Positions 55,105 through 55,736 of a stretch of 55,736 nt of DNA are shown here, one piece after another (the first letter of the stretch is position 1; every line of letters starts with the position of its first letter). The DNA is from an uncultured Candidatus Peribacteria bacterium (GTDB lineage: Bacteria > Patescibacteriota > Gracilibacteria > UBA1369 > LOWO2-01-FULL-3), in the NCBI GenBank assembly GCA_964525485.1, contig CAZGHH010000003.1, forward strand, positions 1-55,736. The letters run 5' to 3'. Below the pieces are notes generated by a model, which worked only from the letters and a program-made list of their open reading frames with translations, did no database searches and was not told the DNA's origin. The translations under genes were made by a program, and so were the position numbers.

Positions 55105-55467
55105 TTAGATTGTCAGGTTCGAAATGATTGCAACGATTGTATATGAGAATACTGCGAGCAGTAGTCCTACCATCGAAAATATAAGCATTTTTTTTGCACC
55201 GGTTGCTGCTTCTTCGTTGGTATAGGCTGTTAGATATCTTATTCCGCTTATTACTACCATTACTAGTGCTACCATTCCTACAAATCCAATAAGTCCGGTT
55301 GCCCCTCCCGGGAGTAGTGTTTGAGCGAACCATGCCCTGAGTTGGGATGCTTGTTGGCTCGCTGTTGGGCCCGGAAGTCCTTCCGGTTTTGGGATGATTA
55401 TCGCGCTTGCAAGTGCGGATTGAAATGTAGTTGAGAATGCTATGATTGTTGCTAGTAATTTTTTCAT
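55105..55467 (-). CDS. VirB2/TrbC-like small membrane protein, paralogue 3
   Basis: The ORF-track ORF 55105..55671 has an implausible Arg/Asn-rich N-terminus that overlaps paralogue 4. The ATG at 55467 gives MKKLLATIIAFSTTFQSALA (signal peptide). Helices flank the loop AYTNEEAATGAKKML; the second helix contains FSYTIV. Confidence 0.6.
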   Translation of the reverse strand: MKKLLATIIAFSTTFQSALASAIIIPKPEGLPGPTASQQASQLRAWFAQTLLPGGATGLIGFVGMVALVMVVISGIRYLTAYTNEEAATGAKKMLIFSMVGLLLAVFSYTIVAIISNLTI

Positions 55468-55736
55468 TATGATCCGGCTGTAAAGAATGTTGGATTGATT
55501 GTGTATAAAATTATTCCTGATAAAAACAGTATTACTATTCCTATTAATGATTGAGTGATTCTTGTTTTTGCACTTGTTACGACTGATTGCTCTCCTCCCG
55601 CCGCTGAAATTTGAATTCCTGAAATTACTATAACAAGTACAGCTATAATACCTATTACGCTGGCGCCCCATCTGTATATCGCGCCGATGTAAATATACAG
55701 CATGTCTACCCCGGATTTAGATAGAAATACCTGGAC
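55467..55736 (-). CDS. VirB2/TrbC-like small membrane protein, paralogue 4 (5' end may lie beyond the window)
   Basis: The frame stays open to the window edge (VQVFLSKSGVD upstream of the ATG at 55703). Two TM helices flank the loop SAAGGEQSVVTSAKTRI. TAATG junction with paralogue 3. Confidence 0.55.
   Translation of the reverse strand, partial: VQVFLSKSGVDMLYIYIGAIYRWGASVIGIIAVLVIVISGIQISAAGGEQSVVTSAKTRITQSLIGIVILFLSGIILYTINPTFFTAGS

Noticed and set aside
55468-55671. N-terminal 68-aa extension of ORF 55105..55671 (MGRQRNRYYSCTCYSNFRN...)
   Set aside because: It overlaps paralogue 4 in another frame and has an Arg/Asn/Ser-rich composition that does not look like protein. The internal ATG at 55467 gives a proper signal peptide and a TAATG junction like the neighbouring paralogues.
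1-55736. CRISPR arrays, transposases/integrases, prophage genes, toxin-antitoxin or restriction-modification/defence systems
   Set aside because: I found no array of regularly spaced repeats, no DDE/tyrosine/serine recombinase motifs and no terminal inverted repeats. Both methyltransferases lack DNA-methyltransferase motifs. The window reads as core chromosome plus pilus/pilin accessory genes.
1-55736. Alternative genetic code (UGA recoding, as in some CPR lineages)
   Set aside because: All conserved genes (secA, ftsH, purL, nrdJ, ftsK, gltX, metG) translate full-length with the standard bacterial code, with no in-frame UGA needed.

Overview
AT-rich (by eye about 35-40% GC), very densely packed bacterial chromosome segment with about 55 protein genes, 2 RNA genes and short or overlapping junctions. 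I saw no transposases, integrases, CRISPR array or rRNA. All calls come from reading motifs in the supplied translations and my own translation of unlisted stretches; no database search was possible.

Gene content suggests, as inference only, a Patescibacteria/CPR-like organism: archaeal-type AMP phosphorylase plus ribose-1,5-bisphosphate isomerase, a minimal ComEC, type IV pilus genes, VirB2-like small pilins, an SLH-domain wall protein and a class II RNR.

Layout:
- 1-46.7 kb is almost entirely minus-strand. It holds cell-wall genes (PBP5-like carboxypeptidase, LCP), comEC and a large K/E-rich ORFan with a methyltransferase. It continues with nrdJ behind tandem NrdR boxes, DJ-1, cysteine desulfurase, NUDIX and rsmE (plus strand). 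Next comes an rpmH-rnpA-yidC-jag-(SLH-RlpA)-(FtsL-like)-tRNA-Glu string. Then come a PP2C-like membrane protein and a pta-ackA-AMPpase-R15P isomerase-dCMP deaminase block. After these come PHP, gltX, gtrA, ftsK, a purL/purQ pair, an ORFan with a methyltransferase, secA and a sugar phosphotransferase. The stretch ends with RNase P RNA, TPR, galU, hsp20, ftsH, tilS and an RNHCP protein.
- 46.7-54.1 kb is plus-strand: a pilN-like/pilO/pilC operon with four minor pseudopilins, then metG.
- 54.1 kb to the window end is minus-strand: at least four tandem VirB2/TrbC-like small membrane proteins, the last one open at the edge.

Genes missed by the ORF track: rpmH (47 aa), rnpB (which explains three spurious ORFs), tRNA-Glu(UUC), and the two edge-truncated CDSs.

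Most noteworthy for follow-up:
- the tandem T4SS-pilin-like array
- the pilus operon, with low-complexity acidic/Gly-rich inserts and in-frame microrepeats
- the RuBisCO-less AMP-salvage/acetate block
- a large-type FGAM synthetase that appears split
- two ORFan plus methyltransferase pairs
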